This document shows, piece by piece, positions 10,291-21,927 of a stretch of 64,000 nucleotides of DNA. Source of the stretch: Candidatus Alcyoniella australis (GTDB lineage Bacteria; Lernaellota; Lernaellaia; JAVCCG01; Alcyoniellaceae); NCBI GenBank assembly GCA_030765605.1, contig JAVCCG010000095.1, positions 7,489 to 71,488 on the forward strand, given 5' to 3'. The notes beneath the pieces were generated by a model, which ran no database searches, was not told the DNA's origin, and was given only the letters and a program-made list of their open reading frames with translations. The position numbers and the translations under genes were made by a program. Numbering within the stretch: the first letter of the stretch is position 1; every line of letters begins with the position of its first letter.

Positions 10291-10803
10291 GCGTTCTCAA
10301 AGAAGGTTTGTTCATCGAGAGAAGATGTTCCGCACGATTGTCGACCATAGAACGTGGCGTGGCACCTGGCACCGCAAACTGCGCGTATCAGCCGACCCAC
10401 GGATGAGACCGCGCTGAGCGAGCAATCGCGCTTCCGGCTTAGTGCTGATCCTCGGCGAGCAGGGTGGGGTGGGAATGCGGCGCAGCATGTTCCATGCTGC
10501 GCCGCCGCCTCTCCTCCCCAGTTCGCGGGGTGTTCGAAATTAATTTTGAGGTGGACTGAGCGGCGTGCTTTTCCACGTGCATGTCGAAGAAAACGTGCGT
10601 CGAGAACCCTGTAAGGCTGACCTACTGACTGTTGAGGGTCGCGGATACTGTCAAAGGGGGCATGCACTCCGATATTAATAAATTTTGAGACAATGCCCTG
10701 CTCGCGCCCACCTAATAATGTTATCCAACATTATTCTCCACCCCCATCTTTCTACGCGGGGCGGGGCGTGGCATTAGGACCAGCGGACTGCGCGAGCCTT
10801 GCC

Positions 10804-10884
10804 CCCGGCTCAAAGCCGGGCGCGGAGAGGCTCGTTGGATTACGACCATGGTTGCTCGCGTGCATTGCTGCGGCTCGAAGCCGC
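10804..10884. repeat. Two further REP-like hairpins of the CT-CNA-AG family
   Basis: CCCGGCT-CAA-AGCCGGG (10804-10820) and GCGGCT-CGA-AGCCGC (10870-10884). Confidence 0.55.
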
Positions 10885-10916
10885 CGCGGCTGATGGCCGC
10901 TGGTAAGCCGCCGGCC

Positions 10917-10945
10917 TTTCCACGGATCAATCGATCGAGTATAAT
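10917..10945 (+). promoter_or_regulatory. Putative sigma70 promoter of the lnt-prfB-lpx operon
   Basis: TTTCCA-17 nt-TATAAT, ~50 nt upstream of the lnt ATG. Confidence 0.5.
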
Positions 10946-10994
10946 CCGCCGATTTTTAAACCGGTTTGTAGATTAACAAAGAAGTGATGCAGCG

Positions 10995-12818
10995 ATGAAA
11001 CCGCTCTGGCGCTACCTATTGACCGCGATTTCCGCCCTGGCGGCGGCAGCGGTATTTCCGCGCCTCGAGCTGTATCACCTGGCGTGGTTCGCGCTGATCC
11101 CGGCCCTGGCGGCTATTCCGGGAGCCGGTCGTAAGCAGGCGTTTTGGCTGGGATTTGTCTTCAACGTAATCAACAAGGGTTGCTGCTGCTACTGGCTGGT
11201 TTACACGATCAACTACTACGGCGAGTTCCCCTTGATCGTGGCTCTGCTGGTCTTTGCCTTGCTGCTCGCGGCCATGGGCGTGCTGTTTGCACTGCCGTGG
11301 TATTTGCTGGGACGGATCGTCAACGAGCTACGCGTGCCGCTGGTCGTGGCCGCGCCCATCATTTGGACCGCCTACGAACTGCTGATCTCGCGCTTTCTCG
11401 GCGGATTTCCCTGGACGCTCTACGGCTACGGCCTGTGGCCCGACCTTTACGCCTGCCAGCTGGCCGACGTGATCTCGGTCTACGGCCTGAGCCTGTGTTT
11501 GGTGCTGATCAACGCCTGCCTGGCGCAGGTGGCGTTTTGGATCGCACGGAACCGCCGCAGCTTTCCAGCTGTCGCAGTGATAGTGGCCGTGCTGACGGTC
11601 GTGGCGCTCTATGCCTACGGCCTGTGGCGCGTGCCGCAGATTCAACGGGCAATCGACGGGCAGACCGAGCTGAGGGTGGGAGTGGTGCAGGGGAACATCG
11701 ATCAGTTCGAGAAGCGCGCAGGGGATCGCAATCAGATCCTCGACAAGTACCGTGCGCTGAGCATGCAGGCCGCAGTGTTGCAGCCGGATCTGATCGTCTG
11801 GCCCGAGACCTCGGTGCCCGGGTATCAGAATCGGCGCAAGCGGCCGCGGCCGTTCGTGGTCGAGCTGGTCAAGGAAGTCGGTGTGCCGATGCTGCTGGGC
11901 ATGCCCAGTAAATACGTGCCCACGCGCGAGACGCGGGTCAACTACAACAGCGCCTACCTTTATTCGGCCCAAGGCCAGGTGCTGGGCTCGTACGACAAGA
12001 ATCACATGGTCCCCTTTGGCGAGTTCGTGCCGCTCAAGCCCTGGCTGCGGGTGGTGGCGCCCGAACAGGCCGGCCGCACCCTGGGCTTCAGCCCCTCGGG
12101 CAAGTACAACGTGATCAAGCCCGCGCCCGGACCGCTGGGTGTAATTATTTGTTACGAGGCGATCTACCCCGGTCACGGCCTGCGCCTGGCGCGGATGGGT
12201 ATCGACTACTTCGTCAACATCACCAACGACGTCTGGTTCGGCGACACCTCGGCCCCGCCGCAGCACCTGCGGATGACCGCTATGCGCGCCATTGAGAACC
12301 GACGCTGGATCGTCCGCGCGGCCAACACCGGCATTTCGGCGCTGATCGACCCCCTGGGTCGAATCAGCAACGCGACCGACTATCGGGTGGACGCGCAGTT
12401 CGTCGGCACCATCGGCCGACTGCGGATCCAGACGCTGTTTCAGCGCATCGGCCTGCTGATCCCGGCGCTGTGCTCGCTGGCGGCGCTGCTGGCGATCGCG
12501 ATTTTAGCGGCTCGCGGTTGGGGAATTTGGGGATTGCTCGGTACTCTGGCCTTGGCAGGAGCCGGTCTGTGGCTATACTCTGCCCAGGATCACAGTGCAG
12601 GGCTGTTGGTGATTGGCGTGGGCCTGTGGCTGGTCCAGCGCGCCAGGCTGATCCAGCGTGGACGCAAGCGCAGCTTTGCGGCGTTCATCGCCCTGGGTCT
12701 GATCTGGCCGTTTTTCGGCTGGGTCGGCTGGGGCGTGCCGTTCGCCCTGGGGCTGTTCGCGTTCCAAGTGCTGCCCGCGTTGGCCCTGGGACGGATGATC
12801 GCGCGCCGCCGCGCATAA
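10995..12818 (+). CDS. lnt: Apolipoprotein N-acyltransferase
   Basis: GGFPW, VVQGNI, IVWPETS, YNSA, YDKNHMVPFGEFVP, ICYEAIY, NITNDVWFG, RAIENRRWIVRAANTGIS. Confidence 0.95.
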   Translation: MKPLWRYLLTAISALAAAAVFPRLELYHLAWFALIPALAAIPGAGRKQAFWLGFVFNVINKGCCCYWLVYTINYYGEFPLIVALLVFALLLAAMGVLFALPWYLLGRIVNELRVPLVVAAPIIWTAYELLISRFLGGFPWTLYGYGLWPDLYACQLADVISVYGLSLCLVLINACLAQVAFWIARNRRSFPAVAVIVAVLTVVALYAYGLWRVPQIQRAIDGQTELRVGVVQGNIDQFEKRAGDRNQILDKYRALSMQAAVLQPDLIVWPETSVPGYQNRRKRPRPFVVELVKEVGVPMLLGMPSKYVPTRETRVNYNSAYLYSAQGQVLGSYDKNHMVPFGEFVPLKPWLRVVAPEQAGRTLGFSPSGKYNVIKPAPGPLGVIICYEAIYPGHGLRLARMGIDYFVNITNDVWFGDTSAPPQHLRMTAMRAIENRRWIVRAANTGISALIDPLGRISNATDYRVDAQFVGTIGRLRIQTLFQRIGLLIPALCSLAALLAIAILAARGWGIWGLLGTLALAGAGLWLYSAQDHSAGLLVIGVGLWLVQRARLIQRGRKRSFAAFIALGLIWPFFGWVGWGVPFALGLFAFQVLPALALGRMIARRRA

Positions 12819-12829
12819 GGAGAGAGATA

Positions 12830-13948
12830 ATGAATCCTGAGATCAGAGCCAAGATCGGCAAGGCCCGCGAACGGCTCGACGAACATCGGAGGTATCTTTG
12901 ACCTGCCTGTGCTTATCAAGCGGGTTACCGAAATAGAGCAGAAGATGTCCCAGCCCGGCTTTTGGGACGAGCGCGAGAACTCACAGCAGCTGGCCCAGGA
13001 AAAGTCCAACGCCGAATCGTCGATCACGCTGTTGAACGGAATCGCCCTCGAGATCCAGGACGCCGGGGTATTGTTGGAAATGGCGCAGGAGGCTGACGAC
13101 GAGCAGACCGCATCCGAGGCCGGCGATAAGATCGACCAAGCGTTGCGCAAGTTCGACCAGCTGGATTTGGAGCGGATGTTCTCCGGCGAGCACGACTCGG
13201 CGAACGCGATTTTGCAGATCCACTCCGGCGCCGGCGGCACCGAGGCCTGCGACTGGGCCGAGATGCTCACGCGGATGTACACCCGCTGGTGCGAGCGCCG
13301 GGGCCACAAGGTCGAGCTGATCGATTCGATGCCCGGCGAAGAGGCCGGGCTCAAGAGCGCCACGTTGGGCGTGGAGGGCAAGAACATCTACGGCATGCTC
13401 AAAGCCGAGGTCGGCATCCACCGACTGGTGCGCATCAGCCCCTTCGACGCTCAGTCGCGGCGGCACACCAGCTTTGCCTCGATCTTTGCCTATCCCGACG
13501 TCGAGGCCGACCTCTCGGTGGAGATCGACGAGAAGGAACTGCGCATCGACACCTACCGTGCCTCCGGCGCGGGCGGCCAGCATGTGAACAAGACCTCCTC
13601 CGCGGTGCGCATCACGCATCTGCCGACCAACATCGTAGTCCAGTGCCAGAACGAGCGCAGCCAGCACAAGAACAAGGCGCTGGCGCTCAAGGTGCTCAAG
13701 GCGCGGCTGCTGCGGGTCAAAGAGGAGGAGGCCGAGGCCAAGATGGCGCTGATGCACGCCGCAAAGAAGGAAATCGCCTGGGGCTCGCAGATCCGCTCCT
13801 ACGTGCTGCAGCCCTACCGGATGGTCAAGGATCACCGCACCAGCTTTGAGAAGGGCAACGTCGACGATGTGCTCGACGGCAACATCGACCAGTTCATCGA
13901 GTCGTATCTGAAGATGGTCGGCGGAGCACAGACAACGGAGAAGGCAAA

Positions 13949-13952
<4 letters not shown>
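12830..13952 (+). CDS. prfB: Peptide chain release factor 2, translated via programmed +1 frameshift
   Basis: ATG 12830 after AGGAG; first frame ends ...HRRYL-TGA at 12901; +1 frame carries SPF and GGQ motifs and WGSQIRSYV. Confidence 0.97.
12888..12902 (+). promoter_or_regulatory. prfB autoregulatory frameshift site
   Basis: GGAGG-TAT-CTT-TGA-C: internal SD, 3 nt spacer, slippery CTT TGA C. Confidence 0.95.
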
Positions 13953-15487
<1,535 letters not shown>

Positions 15488-15496
15488 ACCAAGCCG

Positions 15497-16825
15497 ATGC
15501 GCTTTGAGGTCAAAGTCGGACTGCGGTTGCTGATGCCGCGCCTGAACCAGCTGCTGCTGGCCGTGATCACCGTGATCTGCGTGCTGGGCGTGACCGTGGG
15601 CGTGGGCACGCTGATTTTGGTGACCTCGGTGCAGGAGGGGCTTTCGCGCGACATGCGCGAGAAGTTCCTCGGCGCATACAGCCATCTGCTGGTGCTCGAT
15701 CCGCCGGTGTTTGAGGGTTGGCGCGAGGTGCTCGAGCAGGTGCGCGCCTTTCCGGGGATCGAGCAGGCCAGTCCGTTTGTCTATTCCGAGGTGATGATCA
15801 GCTCCGAGACCGGCGTCTCGGGCGTGGTGCTGCGCGGCATCGACCCGGATACCGTGCCCACGGTGGTCGACACCCTTGATCTATCCGGAAGCAAGGGCGG
15901 GGCCGGAGTACTGTTGCGCGGCAGGTTGGCCGACCTCAAACGCGACGAGGACCAACTGCCTGGGATCCTCCTGGGCATTCAGCTCGCGCGCGACCTGGGC
16001 GTGCTGTTCGAGGGCGAGACCGTCAACGTGATCTCGCCCCAGGGCGAGCAGACGCCGTTTGGCGCCATGCCGCGGCTCAAGCGTTTCGAGGTGGTCGGGA
16101 TCTTCGAGTACGAGATGTTCGAGTTCGACGCCAAGCTGGCCTACATCACGATCCCCGAGGCGCAGAAATTCTTCGACGTGGGCGATCGGATTACCGGCGT
16201 CGAGTGCACGCTGAACGATCAGGACCTGTTCCGTGCTTCGCAAATCGCCGGACAGGTGCAGGACTATCTGCACGGGCCGTTCCGCGACCGCGACCGGGTC
16301 TCAGGGGCGCTCTACGGCGCAACGGGCGGGGTCTACGCGCCGGAGCACTTCATCGTCAAGGACTGGGAGCAGATCAACCGCAATCTGTTCTCCGCGCTCA
16401 AGCTCGAGCGTCTGGCATCGTTCCTGATCGTCGGGTTGATCGTGTTCGTCGCGGCGATGAACATTCTCTCGATCCTTTATATGAACGTCACCAACCGCCG
16501 ACAGAGCCTGGCGATGCTCAAGGTGATGGGCGCGACCAGCGGCTCGATCATGCGCATCGTGCTCTTCCACGGCCTGATAATCGGACTGCTGGGCAGTCTG
16601 CTCGGCGGTCTGCTGGGCGGATCGCTGACCTGGATGCAGGAGACCTACCACATGGTTCCGCTGCCGCCCGAGGTCTACAACATCGACCACGTGCCCGTGG
16701 CCTTCAGCCCGGCGAACTACGTGATTATCGCCTTGATCGCCATGGGCAGCACGATGTTCTTCAGCGCCCTAGTGGCGATGGTCGCCGGGATGATCGACCC
16801 GGTGCGGGTGTTGCGCTATGAGTGA
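15497..16825 (+). CDS. lolE: Lipoprotein-releasing ABC transporter permease LolC/E
   Basis: N-terminal TM (GVTVGVGTLILVTSV), periplasmic domain, DWEQINRNLFSALKLE, C-terminal PVRVLRYE; adjacent to lolD. Confidence 0.85.
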   Translation: MRFEVKVGLRLLMPRLNQLLLAVITVICVLGVTVGVGTLILVTSVQEGLSRDMREKFLGAYSHLLVLDPPVFEGWREVLEQVRAFPGIEQASPFVYSEVMISSETGVSGVVLRGIDPDTVPTVVDTLDLSGSKGGAGVLLRGRLADLKRDEDQLPGILLGIQLARDLGVLFEGETVNVISPQGEQTPFGAMPRLKRFEVVGIFEYEMFEFDAKLAYITIPEAQKFFDVGDRITGVECTLNDQDLFRASQIAGQVQDYLHGPFRDRDRVSGALYGATGGVYAPEHFIVKDWEQINRNLFSALKLERLASFLIVGLIVFVAAMNILSILYMNVTNRRQSLAMLKVMGATSGSIMRIVLFHGLIIGLLGSLLGGLLGGSLTWMQETYHMVPLPPEVYNIDHVPVAFSPANYVIIALIAMGSTMFFSALVAMVAGMIDPVRVLRYE

Positions 16826-17522
16826 GCGTACGCTGATCCAGGTGCGCGATCTGCGCAAGTCGTTCAACTCGCCCGGCGGCGAGCTGACGGTGCTCAGCGA
16901 ACTGCAGATGCAGATCAAGGCCGGCGAGCTGCTCGGAATCGTCGGCGCCTCGGGCGTGGGCAAGACTACCTTGCTCTACATTCTGGGCGCGCTGGAACGT
17001 CCCAGCGCTGGCGAAGTACTATTTGAGGGCCGTGCCGTGAACTACGCCAACGATCGCAGCATGGCGCGCTTTCGCAACACCAACGTCGGCTTCGTGTTCC
17101 AGATGCACCATCTGATTCCCGAGTTTAACGCCCTGGAAAACGTGACGCTGCCGCTGCTGATGCGACGGGTGACCAACCGGCAGGCAGTCCAGCGCGCGAG
17201 CCGCGCTCTGGAGCAGGTCGGGCTTCGCGATCGGCTGCGCCACATGCCCGGCGCACTTTCCGGCGGTGAACAGCAACGCGTGGCGATTGCGCGCGCACTG
17301 GTCACCGACCCGCCAATGGTGCTCGCCGACGAGCCCACGGGCAACCTCGATCGCGACACCGGTGATCGGGTGTTCGAGCTTATCAGACAAATCAATGGCT
17401 CCCTGGGTACTACTTTTGTTATAGTCACGCACAATGAGCGCCTGGCCGCCCGCATGGACCGTGTGGTTCAGCTTGAAGGCGGGATGGCATTGCCGCGTTT
17501 CCCCGAGGCTCCGAGGACATGA
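16818..17522 (+). CDS. lolD: Lipoprotein-releasing ABC ATPase LolD
   Basis: GASGVGKTT, GFVFQMHHLIPEF (LolD motif), LSGGEQQRVA, DEPTGNLD. Confidence 0.9.
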   Translation: MSERTLIQVRDLRKSFNSPGGELTVLSELQMQIKAGELLGIVGASGVGKTTLLYILGALERPSAGEVLFEGRAVNYANDRSMARFRNTNVGFVFQMHHLIPEFNALENVTLPLLMRRVTNRQAVQRASRALEQVGLRDRLRHMPGALSGGEQQRVAIARALVTDPPMVLADEPTGNLDRDTGDRVFELIRQINGSLGTTFVIVTHNERLAARMDRVVQLEGGMALPRFPEAPRT

Positions 17523-19825
17523 CCCGCGTAAAAACTTTTGCCCTGACTATCTTTGTGCTCATCCTGCTTACGGCCGCCAATGCGACGGCCCAGGGAAAGA
17601 GCGTGATCGCCCTACAGGTCGAGGGCAACCAGCGGATCGAGAGCGATGCGGTTCTCGACCGCGTGCTGACCCGCGTCGGGCAACCGATCGACATTTTGGC
17701 GCTGGATAAAGACCTGCTGGCGATCTGGGAGATGGGATTTTTCTACGACGTGCAGGTCGACGTCGAGCAACGCGACAACGGCGTGGTCGTGACCTACGTT
17801 GTGGTCGAGAAGCCCTCGGTCAAGGAATTCGTCTACGAGGGAAACCGCAAGCTCAAAGACGACAAGCTCAACGAGGTGGTCACCCTGCGGCCGAACACGA
17901 TCCTCGACGAGGCTTCGATCAAGGAGAACATCGCCAAGATCGAGAAGCTCTACTCGGACGAGGGCTACTTCATGGCCGACGTGGAGTACCGCATCGAGCC
18001 GCTGGAGAACAACCGCGTGCGCGTGGTGCTGGTGGTTACCGAGTACCGCAAGGTGATGATCAAGAAGATCAACTTCGTCGGCAACTCGGAGTTTGACGAC
18101 GAGGAGCTGCGCAAGCAGATCATGTCCAAAGAGAACGACCTGTTCTCGTGGGCGACTTCGACCGGCATTTACCGCGAGGACATGTTCGAAAACGACATCG
18201 GCCTGCTCACCGCCTACTACCTGGACAACGGCTACATCAACGTCCAGATCGACCCGCCGCTGATCAGCCTCTCGCCCGACCGGCGCTGGATGTACATCAC
18301 GGTCAACATCGACGAGGGCGAGCAGTACAACATCGGCAAGGTCGACGTTGACGGCGACCTGCTGTTCGAGGCCGAGGACCTGCTGGAAATGGTCCACAGC
18401 AAGCCAGGCGAGGTCTTCTCGCGCTCGGTGCTGATTCGCGACATCGAGCAGCTCACTTCGCGCTATACCGACATCGGCTTTGCCTTTGCCGACGTCGAAC
18501 CCAAGACCAAGGCCGACGAAGAGCAGCGCAAGGTCGACCTGGTGTTCGTGATCCGCAAGGGACAGCTGGCCTACGTCGAGCGGGTCAAGATCGTGGGCAA
18601 CGACTCGACCCGCGACAAGGTGATCCGCCGCGAGCTGCGGATCAACGAGGGCGATCTGTTCTCCGGCCCGGCAGTGCGCGCCAGCAAGCAGCGGCTGATG
18701 CGGCTGGGGTACTTCGAGGAAGTCAACATCGTCACCGAGCGCGGCTCGAGCCCGGATCGAGTCAACCTGGTGATCAGCGTCACCGAGCAGATGGCCGGCA
18801 ACTTCCTGATCGGCGTGGGCTTCAGCTCGCTGGAGAACTTCGTGGGCAACGCCCAGGTCAGCCACTCGAACCTGCTGGGCTACGGCCTGAAGGTCGCGCT
18901 GACCGCCGAGCTGGGCAAGTTCCGCCGCAACATCGACCTGAAATTCGTCGAGCCCTATTTGTTCGACTCGCGCTGGATCATGCGCCTGACGCTGCTCAAC
19001 TCCGAGCGCGACTACTACACCTTCGACCGGCTGGACAAGTCGGTCTCGCTGCGCTTCGGCCACCCGCTGGGCTGGGACGTAAACGGCTACGTGGGGTACG
19101 CCTTCGAGGAAGTGGAGATCGCCAAAATCGCCAACAACGCCTCGGCGTTTCTGATGCTGCAAAAGGGCGTGACGCGCACCAGCTCGCTGCTGCTCAGCGT
19201 CGAGCGCGAAACGGTGAACAATCCCTACGATCCCTCGCGCGGCTCGCGCAACCAGCTGGGCATGGAATACGCCGGTCCGACGTTGGGCTCGGAGATCGAG
19301 TTCCTCAAGTACACCGGCCAGACCCGCTGGTACGTGCCTGTGCGTTGGGGGATCGTGATGATGTTCAACGCCGAGGCGGGCTACGGCCAGCCGCTGGAGG
19401 GCGGACGGCTGCCGATCAGCCAGCGCTACTTCCTCGGCGGCATCAACTCGGTGCGCGGCTTCTACTCGCGCTCGCTGGGTCCCGAGCAAAAGACGGTCAC
19501 CGCCTCGCGCAGCGACGATCCGGCCACCAAGCTGGTCGAGGTCACGAGCAACATCGGCGGCAATAAATACGCCCAGGGCAACGCCGAGCTGGTGTTCCCG
19601 ATCGTCCCCAGCCTGGGGATCAAAGGCCTGCTGTTTTACGATATCGGCAACGCCTTCATTGAGGAGGAGCCGATCGAATACGGCCAGCTGCGCCAGGCCT
19701 GGGGCTTCGGCGTGCGCTGGTTCAGCCCGATCGGTCCGCTGCGCTTCGAGTGGGGCTTCCCGCTCTACCCGCAGCCGGGCGAGGAAAAACAAAACTTCGA
19801 ATTCGGGATCGGAACGTTCTTCTGA
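17519..19825 (+). CDS. bamA: Outer-membrane protein assembly factor BamA
   Basis: POTRA repeats (VEGNQRI, IVGNDSTRDKVIRREL), SVRGF loop motif, SPIGPLRF, C-terminal FGIGTFF. Confidence 0.96.
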   Translation: MTRVKTFALTIFVLILLTAANATAQGKSVIALQVEGNQRIESDAVLDRVLTRVGQPIDILALDKDLLAIWEMGFFYDVQVDVEQRDNGVVVTYVVVEKPSVKEFVYEGNRKLKDDKLNEVVTLRPNTILDEASIKENIAKIEKLYSDEGYFMADVEYRIEPLENNRVRVVLVVTEYRKVMIKKINFVGNSEFDDEELRKQIMSKENDLFSWATSTGIYREDMFENDIGLLTAYYLDNGYINVQIDPPLISLSPDRRWMYITVNIDEGEQYNIGKVDVDGDLLFEAEDLLEMVHSKPGEVFSRSVLIRDIEQLTSRYTDIGFAFADVEPKTKADEEQRKVDLVFVIRKGQLAYVERVKIVGNDSTRDKVIRRELRINEGDLFSGPAVRASKQRLMRLGYFEEVNIVTERGSSPDRVNLVISVTEQMAGNFLIGVGFSSLENFVGNAQVSHSNLLGYGLKVALTAELGKFRRNIDLKFVEPYLFDSRWIMRLTLLNSERDYYTFDRLDKSVSLRFGHPLGWDVNGYVGYAFEEVEIAKIANNASAFLMLQKGVTRTSSLLLSVERETVNNPYDPSRGSRNQLGMEYAGPTLGSEIEFLKYTGQTRWYVPVRWGIVMMFNAEAGYGQPLEGGRLPISQRYFLGGINSVRGFYSRSLGPEQKTVTASRSDDPATKLVEVTSNIGGNKYAQGNAELVFPIVPSLGIKGLLFYDIGNAFIEEEPIEYGQLRQAWGFGVRWFSPIGPLRFEWGFPLYPQPGEEKQNFEFGIGTFF

Positions 19826-19848
19826 TCTGATTTGAAAGGGGGAGGGCT

Positions 19849-20415
19849 ATGCTACGCCCTGCAGTGAAATACCTGGCCTGTTTGGGACTGATCGCCGCGG
19901 CGCTGATGTTGATCGGTCCCAGTGCGGCGCGGGCTGCCGAGATGAAGATCGGCTACGTCGAGATGCAGCGCGTGCTCGACCTGACCGATCGCGGCAAGCA
20001 GATCATGCGCGATCTGGCAGCCAAAAAGGACGAGCTCGAGCTTAAAGAGCAGACGATGAAGCTCGACATCATGAAGATGGAGGACGATCTGCGCAAGACC
20101 GGCGAAGCGCTGTCCGAACAGGCGTTGCAAGAGAGGGTCGGGCTGCTCGAGAAGAAATACTACGAGTACCAGCAGTTCGTCTCCACGGCCCAGATGCAGT
20201 TCGAGGGCCAGAAGATCAACGCGTTAAAGGGCTTTATCCAAGACATCCAGACCATCGCCGCGCAGGTTGCCGGCGAACAGGGCTACGCGATTATTTTGCT
20301 CAAGGTCGAGGATGTGTTCACCGAGAGCTCGATCATCCTCTTCGCCGACCCGGCCTACGATCTGACCGACGAGGTAGTTCGCAGGATCAACTCCCGCGGG
20401 TCGGGCCAGAAGTAG
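19849..20415 (+). CDS. skp: OmpH/Skp periplasmic chaperone
   Basis: Signal peptide, KIGYVEMQRV, coiled coil, DLTDEVV; lies between bamA and lpxD. Confidence 0.88.
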   Translation: MLRPAVKYLACLGLIAAALMLIGPSAARAAEMKIGYVEMQRVLDLTDRGKQIMRDLAAKKDELELKEQTMKLDIMKMEDDLRKTGEALSEQALQERVGLLEKKYYEYQQFVSTAQMQFEGQKINALKGFIQDIQTIAAQVAGEQGYAIILLKVEDVFTESSIILFADPAYDLTDEVVRRINSRGSGQK

Positions 20416-20434
20416 TCCTGCGAACGGAGGGTCG

Positions 20435-21466
20435 ATGGTGGCCCAACACAAGACCCTGGCCGCTTTGGCGGAACTGACCGGCGGAGAGCTGCGCGGCGAC
20501 GGCAACGTCGAGATCCAAGACGTGGCCGCGGCCGAGAAGGCCGGTCCGGGCAACATTACCTTCGCGGTCTCCCCACGCTACTTGGCAAAGGTTAGACAGC
20601 TGCGACCGGCGGCGGTGATCGTCGACGCGGCGGTCGAGGACCTCGATATTCCGCAGATCGTACATCCGCTGCCGCAGTTGGCGTTCATCCAGATCGCGAC
20701 CGAGTTTCACTATCGCGAGCCGCTGCACGGCGGAATCAGCGATCAGGCGCAGATCCACGACACGGCGAGCGTTGACCCCGATTGCACGGTCTATCCCTTG
20801 GTGTTCATCGGCGCGCGTTCGCGCATTGCCGCAGGCTGCCGGCTGCACCCCGGGGTGGTGATCGGCGAGGACTGCGTCGTGGGCGAGGCCAGCGAACTGC
20901 GTCCCAACGTCACCCTTGGCGACGGCTGCGAGATCGGCAGGCGTTGCTTGCTGCATGCCGGGACCGTGATCGGCGCCGACGGCTTTGGCTTTTTACAGGT
21001 CGGCGGGACCCACGTCAAAGTGCCACACTACGGCACGGTGCGCATCGAGGACGACGTTGAGATGGGCGCCAACTGCACGGTCGACCGCGCGGTTCTGGGC
21101 TTCACCCGCATCGGCGAGGGGAGCAAGTTCGATAACATGGTGCACGTGGGTCACAACTGCGATGTGGGGCGCAACGTGCTGCTGGTGGCCTACGTAGCGC
21201 TTGCGGGCTCGACCGTGATCGGCGACGGCGCGATCCTCGGGCCGCGTTCGGGAACCGGCGACCACGTGCGCATCGGCGCGGGCGCGATCGTGGCCGGAAT
21301 GTCGGGCGTACATAAAGATGTGCCCGACGGCGCGATGGTCGCCGGGATGCCCGCGTTCGACGCCCATCTATGGCGGCGCTTCGCCGTGTCGCAGAAACGG
21401 CTGCCCGAGCTGATATCGCGCGTGCGCGAACTCGAGCGCCGGTTGGCGCTGATCGAGAAAGAATGA
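20435..21466 (+). CDS. lpxD: UDP-3-O-acylglucosamine N-acyltransferase
   Basis: Hexapeptide repeats, VIGADGFGF, GANCTVDRA, KFDNMVHVGHNC. Confidence 0.95.
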   Translation: MVAQHKTLAALAELTGGELRGDGNVEIQDVAAAEKAGPGNITFAVSPRYLAKVRQLRPAAVIVDAAVEDLDIPQIVHPLPQLAFIQIATEFHYREPLHGGISDQAQIHDTASVDPDCTVYPLVFIGARSRIAAGCRLHPGVVIGEDCVVGEASELRPNVTLGDGCEIGRRCLLHAGTVIGADGFGFLQVGGTHVKVPHYGTVRIEDDVEMGANCTVDRAVLGFTRIGEGSKFDNMVHVGHNCDVGRNVLLVAYVALAGSTVIGDGAILGPRSGTGDHVRIGAGAIVAGMSGVHKDVPDGAMVAGMPAFDAHLWRRFAVSQKRLPELISRVRELERRLALIEKE

Positions 21467-21927
21467 CCATCGACGATCTTCCGTCGGCCCCGTTTGGCCG
21501 GGAGCAGATCGAGCTACTGCTGCCGCATCGCGGGCCGATGCTGTTGATCGACGTCATCGACAGCTACCACGTGCCCGAGCGGATCAGCGGTCGCAAGCTG
21601 GTGCAGACCGACGAGCTGTTTTTACAAGGACACTTTCCCGGACGACCGGTACTGCCCGGGGTGATCGTAATCGAGGCCATGGGGCAGGTGGCGGCCTGTC
21701 TGGCCTATCTCTCGACGCCCGCACAGGAGCGGCGGCTGGGGATCCACCTGATGAGCCTCGATCGCGTCAAGTTCCGCCGGCCGGTGCTGCCCGGCGACGA
21801 GCTGCGCTTCGACGTGCGCACCCTGCGCGTGCGCGGTCCGATCTGGAATTTTAACGCCAAGGCCTACGTCGAGGACCAACTGGCTGCCCAGGCGCGCTAC
21901 CTGGCCGCCTTTGCCGAGGAAACATGA
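21463..21927 (+). CDS. fabZ: 3-hydroxyacyl-ACP dehydratase
   Basis: LLPHRGPMLLID, GHFPGRPVLPGVIVIEAMGQ, KFRRPVLPGD; ATG 21463 overlaps the lpxD stop (ATGA). Confidence 0.93.
   Translation: MTIDDLPSAPFGREQIELLLPHRGPMLLIDVIDSYHVPERISGRKLVQTDELFLQGHFPGRPVLPGVIVIEAMGQVAACLAYLSTPAQERRLGIHLMSLDRVKFRRPVLPGDELRFDVRTLRVRGPIWNFNAKAYVEDQLAAQARYLAAFAEET

Noticed and set aside
10527..10698. MITE bounded by GGGTGTTCGAAATTAATTT and AATTTTGAGACAATGCCC
   Set aside because: The inverted-repeat match is poor, with no target duplication or second copy seen.
10052..10930. ORFs 10052-10417, 10101-10667, 10354-10614, 10693-10893, 10721-10930
   Set aside because: No coding bias or motifs; they run across repeat hairpins.
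12899..12901. prfB as a pseudogene with an internal stop
   Set aside because: The stop sits in the canonical programmed-frameshift context.
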